26,007 bases of DNA from a bacterium (GCA_046759165.1 JBHIBS010000022.1:1-26007), one strand, 5' to 3'; positions 18,169 to 25,960 are shown, counted from the first letter of the stretch. Notes: generated by a model from the letters alone, not told the origin. Numbers and translations are program-made.

Positions 18169-19362
18169 ATGAATACGCTTTTAATCATAGGAAGTATTCT
18201 TATTATTGGGATTATTGGAGCAGCTCTTGTTCGCAGAATAAAATTACCTTCAGTTGCCGGCTGGTTAATAATTGGAGTAATATTAGGTCCATCTGTTCTA
18301 AAACTCATTAGCCCTGAACTTTTAGATGAACTTGGTTTTATATCGGATATTGCACTGGGATTAATTGGTGTTATTATAGGGCTTGAAATTACAATAGGCA
18401 CACTTAAAAAGCTTGGCAGTGGTATAATCTCAATAATTTTATTTGAATCCTTTGGTGCGTTTCTGCTTGTTTTGTTGGGGGTATATCTATTAACTCATAA
18501 TTTACCTCTTTCTTTAATTTTTGCCTCCCTTGCTCCTGCATCAGCGCCTGCTGGAACAGTAGCGGTTTTGGATGAGTATAAGGCTAAAGGACCCCTTACA
18601 AAAGCTCTGCTTGTGACAGTAGGTGCAGATGATGCACTCGCTATAATGATCTTTGTGTTTGCTTCCTCCTATGCCAAAATATTAATAAGTGGAGAGAAAC
18701 TTTCAGTATTGGTCACAATAGGAAAGCCTTTGCTTGAGATTATTCTGGCAGTTGGAATTGGAGGAACGATTGGATGGGCTTTGGGATTCTTCTCACAGAA
18801 GATAAGAACAGATGAGGTCCTTTTACCTGTAAGTTTAGGAGCAATACTTATCTGTGTAGGGTTGTCAAAACTTATGCATTTTTCACTCATCCTTGCAAAT
18901 GTGGTCGGTGGGATCATTTTAGTTAATACTTTTCCACGCATATCTATACGTATTTCCAAAAATTTAGAATCATTCATACCACCACTTTATGTATGCTTTT
19001 TTGCATTAGCAGGAGCACATCTTGATCTGAAGTTGCTCTTAACTCTGGGAGTATTAGGGGTAGTTTATACAGTATGCAGATCGGGGGGATTAATAGGAGG
19101 GGCACGAATAGGTGCTATTATTGGAAAGGAACCTCCTGTTATTAAGAAATATTTGGGATTTGGGATACTCTCTCAAGCAGGAGTGGCGGTTGGTTTGGCT
19201 TACCTTGTCGTAAGAGAATTTGTTCCGCTTGGAGCAGTAGGTAAGGGAATAGCCACTCTTGCCATAACTACCATAGCAGCAACAACGATTATCTTTGAGA
19301 TCATTGGGCCTATAGGTACAAAATTTGCTATAACAAAGGCTGGTGAAATAGGGAGGAAATAA
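18169..19362 (+). CDS. Cation:proton antiporter (CPA family)
   Basis: KLPSVAGWLIIGVILGP, ASAPAGT, GADDA, FFALAGAHL, SQAGVAVGLA, FEIIGP; many TM helices. Confidence 0.9.
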   Translation: MNTLLIIGSILIIGIIGAALVRRIKLPSVAGWLIIGVILGPSVLKLISPELLDELGFISDIALGLIGVIIGLEITIGTLKKLGSGIISIILFESFGAFLLVLLGVYLLTHNLPLSLIFASLAPASAPAGTVAVLDEYKAKGPLTKALLVTVGADDALAIMIFVFASSYAKILISGEKLSVLVTIGKPLLEIILAVGIGGTIGWALGFFSQKIRTDEVLLPVSLGAILICVGLSKLMHFSLILANVVGGIILVNTFPRISIRISKNLESFIPPLYVCFFALAGAHLDLKLLLTLGVLGVVYTVCRSGGLIGGARIGAIIGKEPPVIKKYLGFGILSQAGVAVGLAYLVVREFVPLGAVGKGIATLAITTIAATTIIFEIIGPIGTKFAITKAGEIGRK

Positions 19363-19706
19363 TGTACTTAATTATGATAACCTTACACAAGGAGGAATAT
19401 TTAGATGACGTTCTTTCTTGTCTTGTTGAATTAGGGATCGAGGATGCAGTAACTGTTGATTCTGAATCGATGGAGAAAGCACTCGCTTACAAAGTGCCTA
19501 TTTTTGCTGGTCTGAAATTTGATCTCAGAGGGAAACCATTTTCAAAATTGATTCTCGCCGTCTCTAAAAATAGGCAATCTGGAAAAGAATTAATGACCCT
19601 TCTTAAGGAGGTGGGAATTAATCTTGAGGAGCCTGGGGTAGCAAGAATTCTCACTTTGAAGTTAGAGTCTTTACTTGGAACGCCAAAAACTATAGAAGAG
19701 ATATAG
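19362..19706 (+). CDS. Hypothetical protein, probably PII-like fold
   Basis: Overlaps the antiporter stop codon. LHKEEYLDDVL..L.E.GI..A.TVDS..M pattern resembles PII-like proteins. Confidence 0.6.
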   Translation: MYLIMITLHKEEYLDDVLSCLVELGIEDAVTVDSESMEKALAYKVPIFAGLKFDLRGKPFSKLILAVSKNRQSGKELMTLLKEVGINLEEPGVARILTLKLESLLGTPKTIEEI

Positions 19707-19759
19707 TCAGATTTTCCACCTTCATGAACACACAATCTACGGACATTACACAAAATTTG

Positions 19760-19890
19760 AGTTAAAAAAGTCAATTGATAAATTATTTTTAGGGAAATTT
19801 TCTAAGAGATTTATCTTCATGTTTTGATTTCATAAAAAAATAGCCCAGCGAAACAGGTCTCTGAGGAAGCCTATATAAGGGGGCGGGCTC
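19760..19890 (-). repeat. IR-B right arm
   Basis: Inverted partner of 16836-16966. Confidence 0.93.
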
Positions 19891-20107
19891 GGAACGCAGA
19901 CTATGGAAGTCCGAAGGGCTGGAGTCCAAACACCGAGACTGCGAGGCGAAGATTCGGCTTTCTGCCCGACAGAAGCTTTACACCTACCTTGAGGAATGTG
20001 GACAATTTCGTTTTTAAGGTAGTAAAATATCAGAAATCGTTTGTTTTTCCTTGTATTTGGAAGGCCAAAAATGAAGACGAGGGAAAAGTTCGCATTCTTC
20101 CCCCTCT

Positions 20108-20138
20108 CGGGGAGCCAATTCATTTTCAATGAATTGGC
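20108..20138 (+). repeat. tRNA-Asn 3'-end copy (att-like) with hairpin
   Basis: CGGGGAGCCAATT is identical to 13866-13878 (13/13) and overlaps the perfect stem GCCAATTCATT-TTC-AATGAATTGGC. Confidence 0.7.
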
Positions 20139-20199
20139 GAGTTTGCTGGCTCGCCGAAGGACTCGAAGGGTGCGAACGCCGAGGTCATCCGAGGAAGAG

Positions 20200-20283
20200 C
20201 GAAGGATGAGCGGAAGTGAGTGCCCATCCTGATGAACGGGGGAGTTAAGGGTAAGTGAAGAAGGCGAGTCCTACCCGGGGAGC
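20200..20283 (+). repeat. Direct repeat X copy 2, ending in a tRNA-Asn 3' fragment (att-like)
   Basis: CGAGTCCTACCCGGGGAGC (20265-20283) matches tRNA 13855-13873 at 18/19. The upstream part matches copy 1. Confidence 0.88.
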
Positions 20284-20340
20284 AAAGCTCCCCAAGACCC
20301 CTCTCTTTTATATTTCTGCCTTGACGAGAAAAGATTTTGC

Positions 20341-20369
20341 TTGACAAAGAATACTAAGCGTTGTAAAAT
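20341..20369 (+). promoter_or_regulatory. Sigma70 promoter
   Basis: TTGACA-N17-TAAAAT. Confidence 0.7.
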
Positions 20370-20404
20370 TTTTTTGGGTATAATGAAAAGAGGGGGTATT
20401 TACT

Positions 20405-20890
20405 ATGATAAAAATAATGTCGCTATTCATCGCGTGTACGCTTGTATTATCCCTATTTTCACTAGGAAAAGCCGAAGAACTCACTTATCCAAAGGAAATT
20501 CCACCTATTATTTATGACATTTATGATCTGGTCATTAGGGATAATCCGCTTAAAGTTATTCCGGATTATCCCGAGGATTATTGGCAAAGTCCAGCCGAAA
20601 CTGAAGCTCGTGGTGGAGGAGATTCTGAAGATCTGGCCATCTGGGTCTATAAGAAGCTCTATGATCTGGGTTATCAGGTAAGTCTTATGACGTGTCGAAT
20701 TCAGGTATGGGGAAGTGATGACTTTCATATGTGGGTACGGTTTAATACCCACGAGACTCTTGGGGGAGCCTTTGAAGTTTGGGATATTGATCTGACTACG
20801 AGAGACAAAATTTTTCCTGGAAGAATCGCTTATAAGCCTCCTCCGGAATACGAACCTAAGCTGAAAGCGGCTCTTGAGAGGGATAAATAG
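20405..20890 (+). CDS. Exported transglutaminase-like (BTLCP-type) protein with Cys-to-Ser change
   Basis: Signal peptide; DYWQSPAETEARGGGDSEDLAI versus family DYWxxPxET..GxGDCEDxAI; downstream HMWV. Confidence 0.7.
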   Translation: MIKIMSLFIACTLVLSLFSLGKAEELTYPKEIPPIIYDIYDLVIRDNPLKVIPDYPEDYWQSPAETEARGGGDSEDLAIWVYKKLYDLGYQVSLMTCRIQVWGSDDFHMWVRFNTHETLGGAFEVWDIDLTTRDKIFPGRIAYKPPPEYEPKLKAALERDK

Positions 20891-21310
20891 AGGGGTGGCA
20901 GTCATAAGCAAAACGCTCTTAGGGTTCAGAGAATGGTAGCAGAAGGAAAAATGGGAAAAAAGCACTGAAGTACGATCGCCTGACTGAAAGGCAGGAGCCT
21001 GTACCTTTTGACGTTGCTGTGGGAAAGCGTGTATGTGATATTGCCAGGATTCGGATGGTCTCTGCAAACTCCATAAACCTATGGAAGAAGTATCATGAGA
21101 AGTTAAGTCCCTTACAAAATTATGGATTGTAGGATTTCCAAAAGAAGAGCTTGATAGAGAATAAGGAGTGGATTTCGCAATTAACAAATATAGTTCTTTA
21201 GCAATAGCATCGTTATATCTTGTAGACCGTCCCATTTAACTCTTACCTTCCAAATATTCTGTTACAAGTGCATTCGGCAATCCCCAGTTGAATAAGGAAG
21301 TGGAACGATT

Positions 21311-21366
21311 AGAAAATGGGGACAGTCACCTATTTTCTCAAAAAATGGTCGCTGTCCCTATTTTCT
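21311..21366. repeat. REP-like inverted repeat (GGGACAG..CTGTCCC type)
   Basis: AGAAAATGGGGACAGTCACC / GGTCGCTGTCCCTATTTTCT, 17/20 complementary. Confidence 0.65.
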
Positions 21367-21479
21367 TATATAGCCGAATTAGATATCTTTTTTCTTGCAA
21401 CCGTGGATAGTATTAGGTAAGATTATGAATAGATAGTTCATTGAAAAATTAAATCTGTAGCTTTTTAAATTTTCCCCCC

Positions 21480-21551
21480 TTCAGAGGCGAATTGGTTGAG
21501 CAGGACGCAAATGAGGAACCGGCATCGGACTTATTGAAGAGAGTAAGATAG
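21480..21551 (+). pseudogene. hsdS: Type I R-M specificity subunit C-terminal relic
   Basis: FRGELVEQDANEEPASDLLKRVR matches the HsdS tail consensus AFRGELVxQDxNDEPASxLLxRI. No upstream ORF. Confidence 0.75.
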
Positions 21552-21758
21552 CAAAAGAAGATAAGTATCAGTAAATCTAAGTTTGCAGAAAAGACCGTAA
21601 GAATGGTAGGTTTCTGTTGAGGATAGAATTTAAGTTCTAAGCTGTATAATACAGCATGAGAGATGAACCTGGATAAGATTAAATTTGATAAATTAAGAGC
21701 GTTAAGCGAAGAAGAGATGTTTGGTAGCGGGATATATTTTTGCAGTGAGTAACATATA

Positions 21759-21786
21759 CGGGGAGCCATCTTTATTGGTTCGGACT
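21759..21786 (+). repeat. tRNA-Asn 3'-end copy plus flank (att-like)
   Basis: CGGGGAGCCA-TCTTTATTGGTTCGGACT versus the tRNA end CGGGGAGCCA-ATTTTAACGGTTCGAACT. It also matches the opposite arm of the palindrome that follows the tRNA. Confidence 0.75.
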
Positions 21787-22010
21787 CTTACCTTTTTGAC
21801 AATAACAAATATAAATCTAACTGCCACTTTTATTCATTTTTTGTTCTTCTTTTTCATAATAACCCTACCTACTAGCTTCCAAAATATTATTAAAGTTCTC
21901 ACTCCAAATTCGTAGCCCCATCCTAAAAATCTAATCTTACCATCGATAATGTATAGGTTCGATGAACTTGCGCTGAGTTTAATTGAAGTATCGAACTTCC
22001 ATTATAACAA

Positions 22011-22039
22011 TTGACTAAATAATAAAAATCATATAGAAT
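22011..22039 (+). promoter_or_regulatory. Sigma70 promoter
   Basis: TTGACT-N17-TAGAAT. Confidence 0.6.
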
Positions 22040-22128
22040 AAGGTAAAAAATAGGTCTGAATTTCCTAGGTGCTTCGATTTAAGCGGATACTCCAGAGTCA
22101 AAAACAGGAGCAGGGTGGTGAATAATTT

Positions 22129-23202
22129 GTGAATCTTTCTAATTGGCCGTTGGCTTTTTTAACACTTGGCATCTTAATGAGCAACATCCTGGCAGTCATA
22201 GTTGCTTCCTTAGTCGTTATTCTTGTGGTGACAAAAGTTATAGGCGTGCTCTGGGACAAGTACAAAAACAAACGACAAGCATCTCTCAAGTCCCTGGCTC
22301 TTGAATTCCTGCGTACAGGAAATGCTGAAGCGAAACTTCCACTGAAGAATTTAGGGTGGGCAGATGCTGTGATATTCAAGGCGATTCTTCTGGAATTGTC
22401 AGAGGAGATTTCTGGAATTCAACAATCAAGGGCTACGGAACTGTATGAATTTTCCGGCATTGCCGATAGTGAAATCCGCACTCTCAGGCGTTCCTGGTTT
22501 TGGTGGTTGAGGGCGGCAGCAGCGCATGCTCTTGGCCAGATGCGTGTCAAACGCGCCAAGAACGATTTGATCCAGGCACTTCGCGATAAAAGTATAGAAG
22601 TGCGACTCGAAGCTACTTGGGCGATAGGACACATGGGATTTGTGGACACCTTGCCTCTGATTGTGGAGAGCATGTCTCGTTTCTTCAAGATAGCAGCTTT
22701 ACGGATGGATGCTTTCATTTTTGAGATGGGTGCCCCAGCCCTGCCTATTTTATTGGATCTCTGTAAGCATCCAGAATGGGAAATTCAGTTATTGGCAATC
22801 CACCTCGTTGGGGAATTCAAAGATCCAGGGACGGTGGAAGTACTCTTGCCCCTGTTGGATTCCCAAAATTTGGAGATTCGCCTGGCGGCTTGCAAAGCTA
22901 TAGGTTCGATTGGCGATCCAAAAGGCTTGTCTGGTATCATTCCGTACATGGAGGATTCAGCTTGGCAGATGAGGGCCCAGGCTGCCAAGCAGTTTGGACG
23001 CAACCGTTTCACCTCTGCAATCCCTGGTCTATTAAAATGCCTGGAGGATTTAGCTTGGTGGGTGCGGCTCAATGCGGGTGAGGCGTTGAGTCAGATGGGG
23101 GAAAGGGGAAGAATCGCCCTCAAAAAAGCGCTCAAATCACAGGATCGCTTCGCCAGGGATATGGCTACTCAGTGGCTCGATGAATTGGAGGCAACTCCAT
23201 GA
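22129..23202 (+). CDS. Membrane-anchored HEAT-repeat protein
   Basis: N-terminal TM segment; repeats LRAAAAHALG, VRLEATWAIG, IRLAACKAIG, MRAQAAKQFG, WWVRLNAGEAL. Confidence 0.88.
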   Translation: MNLSNWPLAFLTLGILMSNILAVIVASLVVILVVTKVIGVLWDKYKNKRQASLKSLALEFLRTGNAEAKLPLKNLGWADAVIFKAILLELSEEISGIQQSRATELYEFSGIADSEIRTLRRSWFWWLRAAAAHALGQMRVKRAKNDLIQALRDKSIEVRLEATWAIGHMGFVDTLPLIVESMSRFFKIAALRMDAFIFEMGAPALPILLDLCKHPEWEIQLLAIHLVGEFKDPGTVEVLLPLLDSQNLEIRLAACKAIGSIGDPKGLSGIIPYMEDSAWQMRAQAAKQFGRNRFTSAIPGLLKCLEDLAWWVRLNAGEALSQMGERGRIALKKALKSQDRFARDMATQWLDELEATP

Positions 23203-24563
23203 TGACATATCTGCAAATGTCCATTCTTATCTATTTTTTTATGGTCAATGGACTCTATTTGCTGCTTTTTTTCTTTTCTTGTGCTGCCATTATCAATTAC
23301 CGTTGGATCTGCCGATATAGGGGACCTTCTGAGATACTCAAGGCACGTGTGACACCTCCTGTCTCCATCCTGGTTCCAGCCTACAATGAAGAGAAGGGTA
23401 TTGTCTCCAGTGTTCGCGCCCTGCTCGGACTTAACTATCCACAGTATGAAGTCATTGTGATTAATGATGGATCCACAGATAATACTCTTGGTGTGCTGGA
23501 AAAAGCATTCTCTCTCAGGCGCACGGCCCACGTCTACCACCGGGAGATCCCTACGGCTACCGTAAAGGTGGTCTACCGGTCGACGGTATATCCTAATCTT
23601 TGGGTCCTAGACAAAGACAAAGAAAATGGCGGGAAGTCGGACCCCTTGAATACGGGGGTCAATTTCTCACAGTATCCGCTCTACTGTGCCATTGATGCGG
23701 ATTCAATCTTGGAAAAGGATACCCTGGTCAGGGTGATCCGTCCTTATATGGATCGTTTCCAGGAGGTGGTCGCTGTAGGGGGAATCGTTCGCGTTGCTAA
23801 TGGATGTCGCATTAGAGGTGGGATTGTAGAAGAGGTAGGGCTTGCCAAAAAATGGCTTCCCAACTTCCAGGTAGTCGAATATCTTAGGGCCTTCCTTTCA
23901 GGTCGGGTTGCTTGGGGTGCATGGAATGCGCTTTTGGTGATATCCGGGGCTTTTGGGGTGTTCAAAAAGCAGCCAGTCAAGGATATTGGCGGTTATTCGA
24001 CTGAAACGGTGGGGGAAGACATGGAGCTGGTGGTGCGCCTTCACCGGAAGATGAGGAAGCAGAAAAGGAGCTACCACATCCATTTCATCCCGGATCCCGT
24101 GTGTTGGACGGAGGTTCCTCATCGATGGGGCATGCTGGGAAGACAGAGAAATAGATGGCAGAGGGGACTTGGCCAGGCCTTATACCGTCACCTTCCCATG
24201 TTCGCCAATCCTAAGTATGGTTTCATAGGGATGCTGGCTATGCCGTATTTCCTTATGGTGGAACTTCTAAGCCCGGCAGTGGAATTATTCGGTTATACAC
24301 TCTTTGGCATCGCCCTCTATCTGGGTGCAGTGTATTGGGAAGCGGTGGCGACCTTTCTCATCTTGGCGGTATGGATGGGGATATTCCTTTCTCTACTTTC
24401 CGTCTTATTAGAAGAGTTCACACTTCATCGCTATCCCAGAGTGCGTAACCTTTTGAAGCTTCTCTTTTGTGCGGTCTTGGAGAATTTTGGGTATCGGCAA
24501 ATGACTGCTTTCTTTAGGTTAAGAGGGCTGTATGACTTTTTAAGGAAGGAAAATGTTTGGTGA
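23199..24563 (+). CDS. Family 2 processive glycosyltransferase (PgaC/IcaA/cellulose-synthase-like)
   Basis: VSILVPAYNEE, NDGSTD, IDAD, GEDMEL, QRNRW (QxxRW) and C-terminal TM helices. The stop looks slightly premature. Confidence 0.92.
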   Translation: MMTYLQMSILIYFFMVNGLYLLLFFFSCAAIINYRWICRYRGPSEILKARVTPPVSILVPAYNEEKGIVSSVRALLGLNYPQYEVIVINDGSTDNTLGVLEKAFSLRRTAHVYHREIPTATVKVVYRSTVYPNLWVLDKDKENGGKSDPLNTGVNFSQYPLYCAIDADSILEKDTLVRVIRPYMDRFQEVVAVGGIVRVANGCRIRGGIVEEVGLAKKWLPNFQVVEYLRAFLSGRVAWGAWNALLVISGAFGVFKKQPVKDIGGYSTETVGEDMELVVRLHRKMRKQKRSYHIHFIPDPVCWTEVPHRWGMLGRQRNRWQRGLGQALYRHLPMFANPKYGFIGMLAMPYFLMVELLSPAVELFGYTLFGIALYLGAVYWEAVATFLILAVWMGIFLSLLSVLLEEFTLHRYPRVRNLLKLLFCAVLENFGYRQMTAFFRLRGLYDFLRKENVW

Positions 24564-25353
24564 TTTATTGAAAGGAAAGGCCTGGAAGGCACGCATTAAT
24601 CAGTTATGTCTCGTGGTGCTTTTGGTTTGCTTCTATTCTATGGCTTCCGCTGAGAAGATACGCGTAGATTCTGAGGTAATCTTTGAGGATTTCAGCTTCG
24701 CGGACTTGGGCCATACCGAATGGGTGCAGGCAGTGATTCCCGCTTCACAAAGATTCTCTTTTCTTGGACGTCTAATGACGATCTCCCGCTTCCAGCAATC
24801 TGACATTCAAGGGACTCTTGGGGGTTCCCTGCGTGTCGGTGCCAAAACGGGGCTTGAGGGGGAAATAAGTGTGAGTCCGGGGGCTGTGGTTGCACCTAAG
24901 TTCTCCACTTCTTGGTTCTTGTATCGGGCTCTTGCCTCCGTAGAAATCATGCCGCACTACCGTTTTTCCCGCTTTGAAACAGCGGATGTCCATCTTCTCG
25001 CCATGGGCGCCGTTTGGCCTGTTACAAGATCTTTCCAAAGTATAGGACGGGCATATATCAGCGCAACACGGTTTCACAATGGGCGAACTGAATGGAATCC
25101 GGCGTTCTTGGTACAGGGACGATTCCTATTGGATTCCAGATTCACCATTATCCCCTCGTATTCTTTCCGCAGAGAAAGCTTCGAAGCAGGCGCCCCTGGC
25201 CAGACTGAAAGGTTCTCGGCTCATGTGGGTAGGATTGAAACCTTGCACAGAACCTCAAGTGCTTTTTTGATTCGAATTGCCTGGGAATATGAAGCCAGAT
25301 CAACAGCTGTATCGGTTCGACGGTATAACTTTGGGATACAGTATCAGTGGTAG
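24553..25353 (+). CDS. YaiO-like outer-membrane beta-barrel protein
   Basis: Signal-like segment, alternating beta-strand pattern, C-terminal YNFGIQYQW aromatic signature, position after the GT2 gene. Confidence 0.65.
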   Translation: MFGDLLKGKAWKARINQLCLVVLLVCFYSMASAEKIRVDSEVIFEDFSFADLGHTEWVQAVIPASQRFSFLGRLMTISRFQQSDIQGTLGGSLRVGAKTGLEGEISVSPGAVVAPKFSTSWFLYRALASVEIMPHYRFSRFETADVHLLAMGAVWPVTRSFQSIGRAYISATRFHNGRTEWNPAFLVQGRFLLDSRFTIIPSYSFRRESFEAGAPGQTERFSAHVGRIETLHRTSSAFLIRIAWEYEARSTAVSVRRYNFGIQYQW

Positions 25354-25356
25354 TCT

Positions 25357-25560
25357 CTGCCTCAAGAGAAAAATAGCGACCTTAAAGAAAAGCAGACTTT
25401 AGCTGTTAAACAAGTGGCAGAATATCTGCAAATGGCTGAACATACTGTATAGCGTTAGCTCGAGAAGGGTTATTACGTTCTTTCAAAATCGCTGGCCAGT
25501 GGCGGTTTAAGAAAGATGTTATCGATAATGGATAGAAGAAGGGAACTTGAAAAATATTAA
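25357..25560 (+). pseudogene. Excisionase-family (HTH_17) DNA-binding protein pseudogene
   Basis: LAVKQVAEYLQMAEHTV*R / LAREG..FKIAGQWRFKKDVID / WIEE. Stop at 25450, two frameshifts, no ATG. Confidence 0.8.
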
Positions 25561-25646
25561 TAGGCGAGAGCTTAAAAATAAAAAATCCAAAACCATCAAA
25601 GATGAATCATCAATGGTGAAAAGCCTAACATTCGTTAAAATTACTG

Positions 25647-25683
25647 AAAAGCCTGTAGAAGATTTTTTAAGGAGGCTTTTTTT
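25647..25683 (+). terminator. Possible terminator
   Basis: AAAAGCCT...AGGCTTTTTTT with a long loop. Confidence 0.35.
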
Positions 25684-25882
25684 GTCAGGTATAAAACTTC
25701 TCAACCTAACAAATTGTTACACCAATAATGGGGACGTGAGCTGGTACCACTACTATTGCCTCGCACTTGGTCCCTTGATGCACACGCCCAGTTGCCCTCA
25801 CAGTTCTACCGTTCGGGCTTTGTGGTGGCAATTCGCTTTATTCCACTTGAATTTGTTTCCTAAAATCTTTTGATTTTTACTA

Positions 25883-25911
25883 TTGACAGGTAGACAAAAT
25901 AAATGTATAGT
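25883..25911 (+). promoter_or_regulatory. Sigma70 promoter
   Basis: TTGACA-N17-TATAGT. Confidence 0.7.
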
Positions 25912-25960
25912 AATTCAGCTACCCTGACAAGATAATAAAATAGAAAAAGGAGGAAAAATT

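Noticed and set aside
20312-20946. Possible third IR pair around the transglutaminase-like gene (TTTTGCTTGAC vs GTCATAAGCAAAA)
   Set aside because: Only about 11 interrupted bases match, too short to distinguish from chance.
20462-21235. 257-aa minus-strand ORF
   Set aside because: More than half is antisense to the better-supported 20405-20890 gene, and it has no recognisable motif.
13855-21786. CRISPR array interpretation of the recurring repeats
   Set aside because: Copies are hundreds to thousands of bases apart, vary in length and match the tRNA; there are no regular spacers or cas genes.
21955-21997. Fourth REP copy (GGTTCGATGAA...TCGAAC) split by an insertion
   Set aside because: It lacks the CCCCTAC end and is too degenerate to call.
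22045-22128. Cyclic-dinucleotide riboswitch in the HEAT/GT2 leader
   Set aside because: No GEMM or ydaO consensus elements recognised.
24561-24563. UGA-to-Gly recoding or selenocysteine
   Set aside because: recR, porC, porD and others end in TGA at expected positions, and no other in-frame TGA occurs in intact genes. A point mutation is simpler.
25547-25873. 108-aa ORF, and similarly the short ORFs at 13812-14087, 19830-20129 and 21449-21769
   Set aside because: They overlap tRNA, att-like, repeat or pseudogene sequence and lack convincing RBS or domain signatures.
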